Source: Felis catus (lineage: Eukaryota). Taken from it: DNA of 64,000 nucleotides. Both the position numbers and the translations under genes were made by a program. The notes under the pieces were generated by a model, which ran no database searches, had not been told where the DNA came from, and saw only the letters and a list, made by a program, of their open reading frames with translations. This document shows, piece by piece, positions 47,428-61,659 of the stretch. Location of the stretch: contig NC_058368.1 of NCBI RefSeq assembly GCF_018350175.1, forward strand, positions 125,738,001 to 125,802,000, given 5' to 3'. Each line of letters begins with the position of its first letter. Position 1 is the stretch's first letter.

Positions 47428-50400
47428 TGATGTGTTTTTAAAGGCCATCATGGAGGATGGAGGACAGAGGGAGATCAAAGTTTTGATGTGGACTTCTTTG
47501 TGGATTTTTTCAGTTGAATAGGTATTTCCTAATTGGTAGAATTACTACAGATGCATGCAACAGATTTTATATAGGTCTCATCTATTATCCTTTTCTTTAA
47601 TGTTCTGCCTCAAAATTTTAGGAAGGGGGTTTGAGAGTTGGTCAGTGGGCTGATGGAATGAATAGGAAAAATTTCATACAGGGAGTAAATGAGCTGGAAG
47701 CTTAGATAATGTACTAGGAACTTTTAGTTGGAAATCCCAAGATGGATCATTCAATAGCTGGAGACTTTTGGCTCTAAATTAATTTTGGTATAAGTGATCA
47801 CTCTTAGTAATAGCCATAGATTAGAAAGGAAATATACCTTGTAGAATTTATAGGTTTCACATGTGTGTGTGTATGTGTTTAACGTTTATTTTATTCTATA
47901 AAATTATCTACTTTTGTGGAATACATTACTTCCAAGCTTATTTCTAATAGAAAACTTGAAATTCATGCATGACCATTTTTCTCAAGACTCAAATTGCTAC
48001 AAAAAATAAAGGTTCAACTTAGAGTTGTTTTATACTAGCTCCTATTACGTAATTGTTTTACCTGGATTGCTATGCCCCATGACCCAGTTAAGTGGCCAGT
48101 TTTTAGTCCCTTCCTCTTAAAAAGGAAGTAATGAGAGGCTCTCTCTCATCCTTAACCCAAATGATCTAAGGCTTCGACAAAGATGAAGCCCAAATTCACC
48201 TTTTGGCCTCACCTTTTGATTTAATTTCGATTCTACTGACTCTACTTCTGGCCTAGATTTATTAAAGTCCTCTCTGATTTTCCTTCTGACCTCTTTGCTG
48301 ACCTGCTGACGTCAATTTAAAATTCCCAAGGAGTGTTTTTAGCTTAGGCTTCCCTATTTTCCATGCCAAACTTGGTAATAAAAGTCCTATGTGCATATGA
48401 CCAAAAGGAAATGTGTAAATTAGCAGAGAAACTCTGTGTTAAAGCAGATTGAATCTGTGAATCTTTCAAATTTCTAAGAGGCATCAATTAGATAGAAGTT
48501 AAATTCCTGCATATTTCTTCAGCAAATTAAGTCACAGGTACAAACTTGCACTTAATTGATTCATTGCATTCCTAAATATTTATTGTGTACATACTGTGTG
48601 ATGTGCATTGTTCTAGATCCTGAGTGTATGAAACAATCAAAACCTCTGCCTACATGAAATCTAACCTCTAGTGGGTGGAACATGTAGTGAACAATTTTTT
48701 GTCTCCTTACTTGGTAATGGTGCTTAGTGGGCATGAAGAGCCTGTACTGACAAGATCTGGTTAGGAAAAGCAAACTTCAAATAATAGAGGCCATTACCAT
48801 TATTTTTTTAAAGGTTGATGTCCCTAGTGTTCACTGAAGCCTGCCACCTCCAGTCTGACAACTGGGGAAACATATTATTTTCCCTTTTATTTTATTTTGA
48901 AATTATTTTATCATAAAAGCTTCCTCTATCTCAGTTATCCAAAAATTGTGATTCGTCAATTAAGGAAGTATCTCAAAGAACAACATAGGAGGACCTCAAG
49001 AATCTTCCTGGTATAGTCTTATGGCAAATGCTGTCTCATTTTTCCATAAAGTACAGTCTTCCAGTAGTCAGTGAAGTTGAATTGACCCCAAAGTGGCATC
49101 AGACATTTGATGTAATGATTTGGAAGAGAAGAATTAGGAGGGTGGAATTACTGAGGCATAGCTTAACAATGGTAGTGATAAACCATATTGAACTGGTTAA
49201 AACATTTCAATTGCTGGAACAGCAAAACAAATGGTGCTTAAGAGCATAAGAGAAAATCAGAGTTTCTCCATAAGGTCATTCAGTTTCTTTTATAGTCTCT
49301 GTTTGCTTTCTTCCCATAAACTTATTTATATCTGTAGAGGAAAAAACAAATATGTTTATTTTTATTCAAGCTCTTTAAGCCCTTATGAGCTTGCCTAGAG
49401 CAGCTAAGTCAGTTCTATTTGTACGTCTGTGGTAAAGGTCTGATATATTTTCTCTGGCTGTATTTTTCTTTTACTGTGTTTCCCTGGAAAGATTCACCCT
49501 TTGAAGAATTTATCTCCCACTGATTGGTTCTCTGGCTGACTGCTGTTGCCTGCTCTGAAGTTGACCTCATGATTTGCAATGTATTCTGAGGTGAGTGAGT
49601 CACTTCATTGGCAATAGTCATGCAACTGTGAAATCTCTGTGGTGGTTTCCCTGGCCATTTCTGCCAATTCAAAATTCCAGAGACACTATAATACTGACTT
49701 CAGTTTTCACACCCAAAGAAAGGGAGGCTGGTCAGGGCTTCTGTATATGTTTATGCAGGAAGGTGGAAAGACTCTTGCAGAGACTGGTCCACTTGCAAAT
49801 TTTCCAAGCGGCCTGACACTGCCCCTCCTTCTCTTTAGTATCCTGTGCATTTCTCAAAGAATGGACAGAGTAGAACTAGTCTTATCTCCATCTTGAAGAC
49901 CCACTGACATTCTCTTGGGATCTAGGCATCACAAGTGGTCGGTCTTTCTCAACCTCTCTCTGTCTGTTTTTTAACACTCCCGAAAATAATGTAAATCCCC
50001 TGTCAGAGGAAGGCCAGCCCTTAAAAATCACTGCCATTGATCAGGAGCTCCTTGAGAGTTAGCATTGTTGAATTATACATTGTTGAAGAATGGTTCAGGG
50101 CACTTAGTGGGTACTTAATATTTGTTGATGTGCGGAATAAATGAGAAACAGTTGCTATGTTGCAGTTTTAAATGAGTACAGCTGTACAAAGTGTGCCAGA
50201 TTTGAGCTAAAAGAATGTGGTTGGCATGCCGTTGACACTGGTAGTCTTGGTTTGGGATTTTGTGTCATCTGAAGGACAGTCTCTAGTGAAGAAAAACTTT
50301 GTAGCAGAACTAGACTGCTGTTACAAGTGAGAATATCCTGCTGCGTCTAGACATTTTATATGTGGAAGGAGAGTGCTTCCTTTGCATGTCTGAGCTATAA

Positions 50401-51225
50401 AGCTCACTCTCTCTGTCTCCAAACTGTTGTAAATGCTTTTAAGAGCATAGTAGGGAATGGTCCCAAAGAGAGCCAGGGCTATTTGTTTGGAAGCTGCAAT
50501 ACCAGTTTTCCAAATAAACAACAGATTCACAAATTCTCTGTCCTTGAAAATGTTCCCATTTCTGCTTTGAAGGGATGTATCAGGTCTAACCCATAAGAAA
50601 CAAGAGATTTGTGAACAACAGCTTGGGAATAAAGGAAAGAAATGCTTTCCAATGCCGAAATGTATGAACAGTCTTCACTTTTGAGCTTACAGAGTGCCTC
50701 ATGCTGAAATTCAGTAGCCACGCTGAAAATGGGTTGCATATGGGAATATATTTTTTCCAGAGCAATCTATTGCTTCCCCCAAAATGACTCCAGAAGTGAC
50801 ATAGGCTTCTGTTACTTCCTTTTTAAATGTCCTATCCTCTTTGTTCTGTGCTCAACTTCTAGCTCCGCTCCTCAAAACTAAGGTGTTAGTGCTATTATAA
50901 ACCTACTAACTGCAGAGACAATTGGTGACATCCACCTTTGTGATGTGATAATCCTTTGATGACATGGGATGTTGCTGTTCAGGAAAGGGTCCCTGAGGGT
51001 GAAAGTGTAGTAGATTCAGGACATGGTAAGTAGTATGTCTCCAGATACCACTTACCAGAGCTTCATTATTAGAAAAGTTTGAAGCCTTGTCAATCTGTGT
51101 ATCACTTGTAAAGTCAGGAACCATGAAAGCCAGTTGAAAATCTGTAATCTCCTTTTAGGAGGAAAGGCAGTTGATTAAGAAGTAGATCAACCCAACATTT
51201 TATTTGGGATGAATTTTGCTGTTGG

Positions 51226-51257
<32 letters not shown>

Positions 51258-52226
51258 GCACAGACAGCAGTGTCTTTTGGTCAACTCATAGCCCAAGTAG
51301 AAATTCACAGAATCATATTTTGCATTTTTGTTGAGGATTAATTTTCTGGCATATCTGTCATCTCTGACCAAGATTTGCTGCTGTCTTCCTCCCCAGTTTC
51401 AACTCCATTTGGAAGCAGAGGTTTGATCTCCCTTTTATTAGGAAGATATTAAGTGATTTCTCAGCCACACAGAAAAGCTGTGCTGATTGCAGAAAATAGA
51501 AATGCTGACCCTAGTTTTTTCTCTTTTTTTCTTCTCAAGACAAAATGGTGCTTCTTGGATGCAGATTTCATTTTTGTGTCATAAGTGTTAGTACAATAGG
51601 TGTCCTCACTTATATTTGAGAGAAACTAATTTTCAGGCCAATGTTTAAAAGTACAACAGCCAGAGGTAGTTATAATTCTAGTCCTTCCAATATTGTAGAG
51701 GTAAATAATTAATCTTTTCTCCCTTTCCCCCTTCCCACACTCCTCTACTTATTGAACACTATGTATTAGATACTAATCAATGAGCTCTATACTAATTAAT
51801 CCTTGCAACAATGCTTTGCTGTAGGTAGTGTAAATTTCTTTCTTTTTTTTCACATAATAAAACTGAAGCATTGAGAACTTAAGAAAACTGTAAGGGGTTA
51901 AATAGCAGCAAATAATGATATCACGTAAGCAGTCTGATTTTGGAAACCATACTCTTAACTGGACACTATAGAAGTTCTTATAGATGTAGATTCATCAGAT
52001 AAGGGATTTGCAAATATCATCTCCACCCCCTATCAGAATCTTTCAAACAGTAGTAGCTTTAAATTTTGAAAAAGTCCGAATTATCATTTTTTAATTGTAT
52101 TTTGGTTTTTGGAATTCTATATATATAACAAATCTTTCATCAATCCAAGGTCACAAAAGTTTTCTTCTATTTTTTCTAGAAGTTGTATAGTTTTAGGTTT
52201 GAAAGTTAGCTCTGTCACCCATTTTA

Positions 52227-52486
52227 TTTTATTTTATTTTATTTTATTTTATTTTATTTTAATTTTTTTTTCTTTTTTTTTTTCAACGTTTATTTATTTT
52301 TGGGACAGAGAGAGACAGAGCATGAACGGGCGAGGGGCAGAGAGAGAGGGAGACACAGAATCGGAAACAGGCTCCAGGCTCTGAGCCATCAGCTCAGAGC
52401 CTGACGCGGGGCTCGAACTCACGGACCGCGAGATCGTGACCTGGCTGAAGTCGGACGCTTAACCGACTGCGCCACCCAGGCGCCCC
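52227..52486 (-). mobile_element. Young SINEC_Fc with long (TTTTA)n tail
   Basis: CpG-rich body; TSD tctgtcacccatttta at 52211-52226 and 52487-52502. Confidence 0.96.
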
Positions 52487-53604
52487 TCTGTCACCCATTT
52501 TAAATTAATTAATTATATGTTGGAGGGACTCATCAAAATGTATTTTCATTTTTTAATATAGATATTGAGTTGTTCAAGCATGATTTGTTGAAAGGACTAT
52601 TCTGTCTCCACAGAATTGCCTTTGCAGTGTGGTCAAAAGTCATTTGTCTGTGTATATAAATGAGTGTATTTCTGGATTCTCTGCTATGTTCCATTGATCT
52701 ATTTGGCTATTTTGGTGCCAATGCCACACTACCTTTTTTTATTGTAGCTTTATAGTAAGTCTTGAAGTCAGATTGTTTTAATCCTCCAATTTAGCTCTTT
52801 TTTTCTTTTTTTTTTCAAAGTTGTTTTGACTACTCTAGATACTTTACATTTCCAAATGAATATTTCTAAGGGCCTGCTAGGGCTTTATGGATTCTATAGG
52901 TATTTGAGGAGAATTGACATTTGAACAAGATTGAGTACTTTAAATTATGAATAAGGTTTCTCTTATTTAGAACTTACAAAATTTCTCCCAGCAATGTTTT
53001 ACAGCTTTAGTATTTAGGTTTTGTACACCTTTTGTCCAATTTATCCCTAAATAGCTTGATGTTCTTATGGATGATATCTTTAAAAAATTTTAATGTTACA
53101 TGGTTCATTGCTAGCGTATAAAAATATGGTGGATTTTGATATTGATTTTGTATCTGTAAGCTCTCTTAAATTCACTTATTTGTTCCAGTGGCTTTTTATA
53201 GATTACACTGGATTCTTTTACAAAAATGATCATGTCATACACAAATAAGTATAGATAACTTCAACACAACTTGAACTAATTGTCAGTTATAGGATACTAT
53301 ATCCCAAAAAAGCATAAAACAAATGCTCTTAGAGCACACTTGAAACCTTTATCTAGAAAGACATATTCTGGACGGGCCATAAAATAAGTCTAAATAAATA
53401 TAAAAGTTGTTCAATCACAGTGTGCTATTTGACCACAGTGGAATTAAATTAGAAATAAAAAAAGCAAGTATTTCTCTAAAATTTGAAGATTTTTTTGGTC
53501 ATTATTTCTTCAAATATTTTCAGTCTTGTTTCTCTCACTTCTCCTTTGGGGACTCCAATTATATTACATTAGGCTGCTTGAAATTTTCCCAAGTTTACTG
53601 GTGA

Positions 53605-53818
53605 TTTTGTCTTTTTTTTGTCTTTATTTTATTTTGAGAGAGAAACAAAGTTCGAGTGGAGGGAGGAGCAGAGAGAGAGTGAGACACAGAATCTGAAGCA
53701 GTCTCCAGGCTCTGAGCTGTCAGCACAGAGCCCGACGTAGGGTTCGAACTCACAGACTGTGAGATCATGACCTGAGCTGAAGTCGGATGCTTAACCGACT
53801 GAGCCACCTAGGCACCCC
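53605..53818 (-). mobile_element. CAN-SINE
   Basis: Full body ending ggcacccc. Confidence 0.92.
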
Positions 53819-55750
53819 GAGGTTTTCAATTCATAAATTTTTTTCTATGTGTTTTTCAAATTGGATAGGTTATATTATCTTCAAGTTTACTACTTTTTTC
53901 TTCTGTAATGATTAATCTGCTATTAATCCTATCCAATGGATTTTTCTTTAAGGCATTATAGTATTCATCTGTAGAAGTTTAGGACTCTGTATTTTCCATA
54001 TCCTTACTTAACTGTTTGAATATAAAAAATAAGCTATACTTACTGTTTTAATGTTTTTTGTCCAATAATTCTATCATCTGTGTCAATTTTAGGTTGGTTT
54101 GGATCATTTAAAATCTGCTCCCCTCCACCATTGGTCACCTTATTTATTCTTTCATTCCTGTTAATCTTTAATTGGGTGTTACATATTGTGAGTTTAACCT
54201 ATTTAAGTGTTATATCTTTTTGTACTTTTAGATACCTCAAGCTTTGTTCTGACAGACAGTTAAGTTACTTGGAAATTTTTATTTTAGTTCAGTTTTTGGT
54301 CTTGTTAGGTACGAATGAGGCAGCATTGAGTCTAGGGCTAATTATCCTACACTACAGAGGCAAGACCCTTGTAAATACTCTTAACTATACTTGTGGAGAA
54401 GCCACTTTCCTCAATGTTGTGTAAGTATCAAATACTATTCCTTTTAATCCTTTTGGATGATTGTTTTTCCAGAGTTGATGCGCCATCATTACTCCACCGA
54501 ATACCCAAGTGGAGCTTTTTATAGATCTCCAGTGTTCTGCATACAGCTATCTCCTCTCTGATACTGTGTTCTGTGATTCTAGCCATCTTGGTCTCTCTGG
54601 ACTTTCAGCAATATCCATTTACATAAGAGATCCCAGGCTCATAACTGTACCATAGCCTGGAAATTCACTCAAGATACTGAGCTGGGCTTATCTTGCTTGT
54701 TTCCCATGTCTCAGGGATCACTAACCTATGCTGCCTGGTATCCAGTGTCTTGAAAACCATTGTTTCAAACATTTTGTCTTGTTTCTTTGAATGTTTTAGG
54801 AAGAAGAGTAAATCCAGAAATAAAGAAATTAATTTGATTTTAGAAAATAACAAGAGTGTGCATTTCTTACTGTATGCATTCATCAATATCAGAGCTACTG
54901 CATAAGGAAAAGATCTCTTTTGAATTTTATTTCCTTGAGCCTACAACCTTTATATCTGTGTACATTTATTCTTCCAAAAGAGCTAGTTTGTTGCTTTCTG
55001 CTTTCGAATCTAAAACATTCATTATCTCTTAAAGGAACTGACAAGTCTTATTCGCCTATTAGTAAATAGTTAAATTAGTGTCTTTCAAATTTGCTTAGAT
55101 AGTTAAACCACCACCTTAGCTTTTTGTGTAATGTAATCAAAGACAAATACATTTCATTTCATTTCATTTTATACACTACAGAATTTTTTTTACTTGCAAA
55201 AATATAATAATTACATGTACACACGTTCCACATCTCAAGTAATAACACTAATTTAATCATCCATTTTTCTATTCAACATGTACTTATTGATTACGTATTG
55301 TGGTACATGCATGATCTTGGATATAATCTTCATTACTGTTCATAATTATTGTTAACAATGTATTTAGGTCAATCAAAATCTGAGCTGAGACATCTATTAT
55401 AATGATTATTTAATAATAGAATTGTGCCTGTGAAACTCTTTGGTACCTTTAGATACAAGGCAATCTAACCTGAATTCTACTCTCAGATATTTATAGTGTT
55501 GAAATCTTAAGGAATGATAAGAAAACTCTAGAATATCAACACTGAAGCTCATTACTTCCAAGAATATTGTTGAAAAAAAATCAACATTAATAGTCATTGA
55601 TTATATTTAAAATCATATTTTTAGCTGTATGATATTTTGTAGTAAAATATTTAGTGTGTGGATATTAATTATATCAACTATCATGCAAATTGAGAAAAAT
55701 CCTATAGTTTTTCTAAAATTTTCTAAAAGTTATCATCACTTTAGTCGTTG

Positions 55751-55848
55751 TCTTCTTCTCTTCCTCCTTCTCCTCTTATTTCTCCTCTCTCCTCCTCCTC
55801 CTCCTTCTCTTCTTCTTCTTCTTCTTCTTCTTCTTCTTCTTCTTCTTC
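55751..55848. repeat. (CCT)n/(CTT)n polypyrimidine microsatellite
   Basis: About 98-bp nearly pure pyrimidine tract ending in a perfect CTT run. Confidence 0.93.
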
Positions 55849-55905
55849 AAGTAATGAATACTCTAGTTCAAAGAACACCCACAATTGGAAATGGAAATTG
55901 ATAAT

Positions 55906-56126
55906 TTTTTTTTAATGTTTTAAATGTTCTTTAAATTTATTTTTGAGAGAGAGACAGAACGCAAGTGGGAGAGGGGCAGAGAGAGAGGGAGACACAGAAT
56001 CCAAAGCAGGCTCCAGGCTCTGAGCTGTAAGTACAGAGCCTGACACGGGGCTTGAACCCATGAACAATGAGATCATGACCTGAGCCAAAGTCCAATGGTT
56101 AACTGACTGAGCCACCCAGGTGCCCT
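55906..56126 (-). mobile_element. CAN-SINE
   Basis: Full body ending ccaggtgccc. Confidence 0.92.
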
Positions 56127-56331
56127 GATAAAATCTTTTGAAGGTCATTTTGGCAGTCTGAATCATGAATGTCTTAAACATACTCATATCTTTTGATAGT
56201 ATCTTAAAAAATTGTCAATGAGTTTACAGAGTTGACCTTTATGAATATTCAACACAAAGCTTCTTATAATAAGAAAAATTAGAAACAACTTAAACGTTGA
56301 AAAAATGGATTTAAAAATAAATTGTGATACA

Positions 56332-56514
56332 TAGAAATAAAAGGCACAACATAAGGACCACAGTCAATGATATTATAATAGTGATGTAACAGGACAAGTC
56401 GTAGCTAACTTGTGGTGAGCATAGCATAATATATAAATTTGTCAAGTGACTAAGTTTTATGCCTGAAACTAACATAACATTGGGGGTCACCTATATTCAA
56501 ATAAGAAAGAACAG
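56332..56514 (+). mobile_element. Short L1 3'-end insertion (L1MA9/L1_Carn-like)
   Basis: cctgaaactaacataacattg 3'-end motif; TSD attgtgataca at 56321-56331 and 56515-56525. Confidence 0.78.
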
Positions 56515-57504
56515 ATTGTGATACAATAATATAAGGAAATACCCTACAATTATTTTAAAAGATACTTTTCAAAATAAAGATTATCATATTAGCTTGAGTA
56601 AAAAAAATTTCACATTCCAGACTGTATGCATTATATGACCCCTTTGTACATGTGTTTGTGTGTGTTTGCATTTGTGTGAGTGTTGCATGAAGCAACACAT
56701 GTATATAAAGACCCAAGGATGCATATCGCAAATACTAGCATTTTTTTTTTAATTTAGGTTCGGTTTTTGATGATTTTTCTTTTCTTTTTCTTTGTTTATA
56801 TCGTAATATTGTAATAGTGTTAGGCTTCCTGACTTGCAAGGTTACCTTGAAACATTCTCATGTCACCTCTGTGACTGGGAACTGAAAATAAGAACACACA
56901 GGAAAGCAGGGAGGAAAGGAAGGTCTTCTCAGCTGAACCATGGATGGTAGAGGCAACATCATAGCCATGCCTCCTCATCAATCAAATATTAGTCCTGACA
57001 CAGCCCTGCTGTAACATCCACTAACCTAAAAGATTAAACCAACAGTTGTTCAATGCCTGCTCTGGGTCATTGATCCTGACTTTTCACCTCTACCTAGGTC
57101 CCTATGGCTTCAGCTTTTCCCTCGATTTTTTTCTTCCTCTTCTCTTGCTCTCATGTCTCTGCTTTGACACCTCTTACTACCACCTAGCAGATGCTTTTTT
57201 TTTTTTTTTACCTATAAACATCGTACTTTCAAAGAGATAGGATCTGATGGGCTTTATTAACCATTATCCTAAATAGAGGGCCCATTAGACTGGTATATCA
57301 GGCTCAGTCACCTCACTGGTTGGGACCTTTGGGTTAGACATCCTTCCCTGTTCCAATCAGCCATGGCCATTGACATGTGCCACAGAGCATAGGAGCTCTG
57401 TGGAGAAGGTTCCTTTTATGACATAGTAGCCACTTAGAGGCTTCTCTGAAAACCTCATTATAGGCTTCTCAGTGTAGTGATTAAAAATAAATAAATAAAA
57501 ACAA

Positions 57505-57960
57505 GGAAAGGGGCAGCCCATTACATAGTTCGAGAGAGTTCTCATGATGAGAATGTTTTTCTTTATGTTGAGCTGAAATCTGCCTCTATATATCTTCTGC
57601 CCCCTCTTTTGTTTTTCTCATATTTCACTCTGTTCTTTCCAAACTTTTGAGAAGAAATATTTATTGCTCAAATGACAAAGTTTCTAACCTCTCATTAATT
57701 GAATACTCTGTTCTGTGGCAGGGGCAGGGTCCAGTTTATCCATATGCCATTAAAATGTGACTTCCAGAAATAAACACCATAGACAGATGTGATCTACTTA
57801 CCTGTAGTTGCAGATGATGTAAGACTTTCCAGCAGCCAAGTCAGACTCCTGGTTTCTATCAAAATGTTCTCTAACCAGGTTTCTCTCATTTGACACTCAC
57901 ACAATGGATTTATTGTCCTGTGGATGCATGAATTTGCATCTTTTAGATTTCACCTACTGT
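57505..57960. mobile_element. L3/CR1-like ancient LINE fragment
   Basis: ggcagcccatt...ttctttatgttgagctgaaatctgcctc resembles L3 as recalled. Confidence 0.5.
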
Positions 57961-60766
57961 ATTTTCAAAAAGTGTTGTACAGTTTACAAGCACTTTCATA
58001 GACATTATCTCATTTAATCCTCCTAACATGTTGATATTGGCTCAAAGCTCCTTCTTGGTTCTATAAGATCATTTCCAGTTGCCAGTCTTTCCTATGTTCA
58101 CTGTGAACACTGATCTTTTCCATGTAACAACTAAGGTAAGTGGAATACATTGCCCCTTATAGCATTACAGAGAAACTGTGTGGAGCTATGAACTAGGAAA
58201 GGCAGGATGTACAGTGTATGGGGGCGTAATCATTGCAAGGATAAACATCATTATGTAACTGGGAGAAGACAGAGTAGGAATCAATAAAAACAGTATTTTC
58301 TCCTGAATGTTCACAAATATGCTCTTCTCTTAGTGTCAAGAGAAGCAGTCAAATGCAGGGATGGGACTTTACTCAGACGTTTATAAAGTCATGAGTCAGA
58401 CACAATACATGGCTTTTGACTAAACTCTTGTACTTCTTTGTTTACCTGTGTCCTAGTCTTTCCAAGTTCTGTCATCACATCTTGATTCTTTCTTACCATG
58501 CAAATTTGAAAGCTTTGTGGTTCAAGGTGGTGCTCTCCATTCAGTGGGCTGCTACCTGGTTGGCGTGATTCGCTTGAGAGTCATTCTGTCCATAGCATTG
58601 CTCACTCAGTCATTATCATCTCTGCCTCATTCCATTGTCTCTACTCTCTATATAAGGAAAGTACTCTGTCTTGTTTGTTTCCCTGACATATTTTCACTGT
58701 CTTAGATCATAGAGGAGATGCAGGATTTTTTTCCTCTTTATAATCATCCAAATGCTACCCAGCTATAGACTATAGTTACAGATCTATTATTTTATTAAAA
58801 TAAATTGGTAAATATCCAGTTTTGAGCAGAGCATTCTCTTGTTGACTGTCCTAATAGCTACAAAAATTTACCAAATTTGAATCAAGTAAGTCATGCGATA
58901 TCTATGATTCATTTTCTGTGTGTAAATGTCAAATAGGAACAGAAGCATAGCTGGATTCCAAAAATTTTTCCTAAACATTGAAAAAAAATGATTTTTAATT
59001 TTTTTAAAATCGAGTATGGCTGGTAATCTTATGGAAGTTATTTGAAATCCCTCATAGCTCCTAATAATTTAAATGAGATTATGTGTTGGGTTAAGATAGT
59101 CTTATAGGTAGCTGTGAATGTCTGTGTGTATTACATCCATGACACTGTGTCTTTGAGGGGGTGGTGTACATTGGAGAGACAGAGTATGAGGAGAAGCACT
59201 CCTACCAAATCTTCCCCTCCATTTGGTATTAGTTCAACACTATTAAATGAAAGCACAAACAAAAAATATCAAGAACTACTTGCTATTAGTGACAAAACAC
59301 TTGGGAAAATATGAAGGCATTCATATGAAAGCATTTTCTGACCAATCCTTTTTCTCCACAGTTGCCAGTTGGGTATGGCTTCCTTTTAGCATAATTCATG
59401 AATGCATAACAAAGTATAGTTTTTAGAAGTTGGAAACCAGGTGAGTCTGCTGAAATGGGTCATTTTATAACTATTTCTACTGTCTGAAGCTGATAGAGAT
59501 ATTTTGTCCAACCACCCCATACTTGCTTGCTTCATCAACTGTATTTCTTTTTACCTGAGTAGACCCTTGCCCTTTGTACCAAGTAATAGTCATTATTTAT
59601 CTCATTTATCCCACATCAGTAGTCTTTACAGTAGATATTTTTATGTCCATTTGACCAATGGAGTAAGACAACTTCCAAGAGCTGAATAGTTTGCTATAGG
59701 TCATTCAGCCAGGAAGTGGTAGACACAAGATGACAGTTCTATTTGTCTGCATACCCCTTATTTGGCTGCACTTAGAATGCTTCTCCAGTCTCTCTTGGAT
59801 CCTTCCCTGTCCTCTTTACCCTGTGACTCATAAAGTAGATGACCTAATCTACGTGTTGCTTCTCAATAATTACTTTAACACAACACAGTATGTAATGATC
59901 GGTATTTCCAATAAAATTAAAGAGTTAATAGCAAAGCAGATGTTCCAACCCATCTTCTCCTGAGAACTTAGTGAATTGTATTCCAGAAGAAGCTCTCAAA
60001 TAACTACTTAGCCTTCTTGTCACCTGTCTGCATGCACACAAGAGAGCAAATCCATACCTGTATCAAGTTTCTTAGTCCTATGTTAGAGAAAACACCTCCT
60101 CCTGGTGTTTAAACACATTTCACCTTCAGGTGCTTTATGCAAGAGCCCACATTTATGCATTTATTCAGATAATCAGCATTCAGAGAAGACCCACTAGGCC
60201 CTCCCCAGGGTTCTCTCTGAGGAGAACTGAGAACTGGTGGCTCTATATGAGTAGCTGTAGGTGTTTATCTAGTCTTCTTCAACAGTCTGAAGAGGATCTA
60301 GCTTCATTCAAAGCTTGGTGGTGCTGTTCCTGAATAATTAATGCCCATGCTATTTGAATTTAATTTGAAGCCATTATATTGTGCTGGTGACAAAACATTG
60401 AACAAGATTAGTATCCTGGACCTCCCTGAGTTTACCATGCTTTGGTAAATGGATATGAGGATACTTGTTGCTCTTTTTCTCCATCCAGGCCAGAGCTGAA
60501 TGCCAACTTCAGCTCTGTATCCATTTGCCTTTTCATGTTACATTATGTGAGAAAGGAAGTGTACAACCTAACCTTGTCTTAAACCTCTTCAGGATCATCT
60601 CTGCATCCTTGAGGTTAGTCATACCCTCTTTTATTCTCTAACCCAACAACTTCCTATTTTCATTAAAAAATAAGAATGAATAAAGCAATATTTGGAAAGA
60701 GCATCTCTGGTTAGAAGATCTTATCAAAAGCACTGCCGGTTTGTCTCCTTAAGGTTTTATCTTCTT

Positions 60767-60985
60767 GGGGCGCCTGGGTGGCTCAGTCAGTTAAGCGTCC
60801 GACTTCAGCTCAGGTCACCATCTCACGGTCCGTGAGTTCGAGCCCCGTGTCGTGCTCTGGGCTGATGGCTCAGAGCCTGGAGTCTGCTTCTGATTCTGTG
60901 TCTCCTTCTCTCTCTGCCCCTCCCCCATTCATGCTCTGTCTCTCTCTGTCTCAAAAATAAATAAACGTTAAAAAAAATTTAAAAA
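60767..60985 (+). mobile_element. SINEC_Fc-like SINE
   Basis: TSD aaggttttatcttctt at 60751-60766 and 60986-61001. Confidence 0.96.
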
Positions 60986-61659
60986 AAGGTTTTATCTTCT
61001 TAGAGACTCTAATTCTAGAAAGTCTAATATTTGCTTCTATTTGCACTTTGATTTACACATTTTTTTAACAACTATTTATGGGGCTTGGGCTCTCCTTGAG
61101 GGACCATGCCGGCTACCAAGAATACCCACCTGAGAGCACCCATCACCACCGCAGCCTTTACCCAGAGGCTTTCTGAATAGAAGTCAGATTTTAAAATATC
61201 TCTTATTGTAAATGTTTCTTTTCTCCCCTTTCCTTTGGTGCAGGTGAGATAATTTTTGCTTTTGTGATTCAATAAAAAGCTTTTAAATACCTCTACAGTT
61301 GAAACACTTTGTTTATAAACAAAGGGAAAATGGATTGAAGTAACTTACTATGTCCATCTGAAAACAATTTGTACTACTACTGGAATTTATTGAAAATGTG
61401 GATGAATCAAACAAGCTAGATTAGTTATTAACAAAGTATTGGAGAAAAAATGGATAAAACAATGAAATTTGTCTTAAAACATGGATATAATTTGAAGATT
61501 CATAAAACAAAGCAAATCCTAGGGTGTTCTTCAAGTGAGGCCATTTGAAGGAAACTGACTCATCAATGAAATTCTTATAAGGGGATAAAATGATTATTCT
61601 AATTCCATTGGAAAATTAGATACATAAGAAGGCCTACCTGAAAGATTTGCTTCCTCATC

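Larger units (their letters stand above)
51990..54850 (-). mobile_element. Ancient L1M, rearranged and interrupted by two SINEs
   Basis: Antisense ORF2 remnants (catgatttgttgaaaggactat, tgtagctttatagtaagtcttgaa, atgatcatgtcat = degenerate DDMI region) and 5'-region-like sequence after 53465. Confidence 0.75.

Noticed and set aside
60767..60850. tRNA gene
   Set aside because: The A/B-box head belongs to a tRNA-derived SINE with body, tail and TSD, not a functional tRNA.
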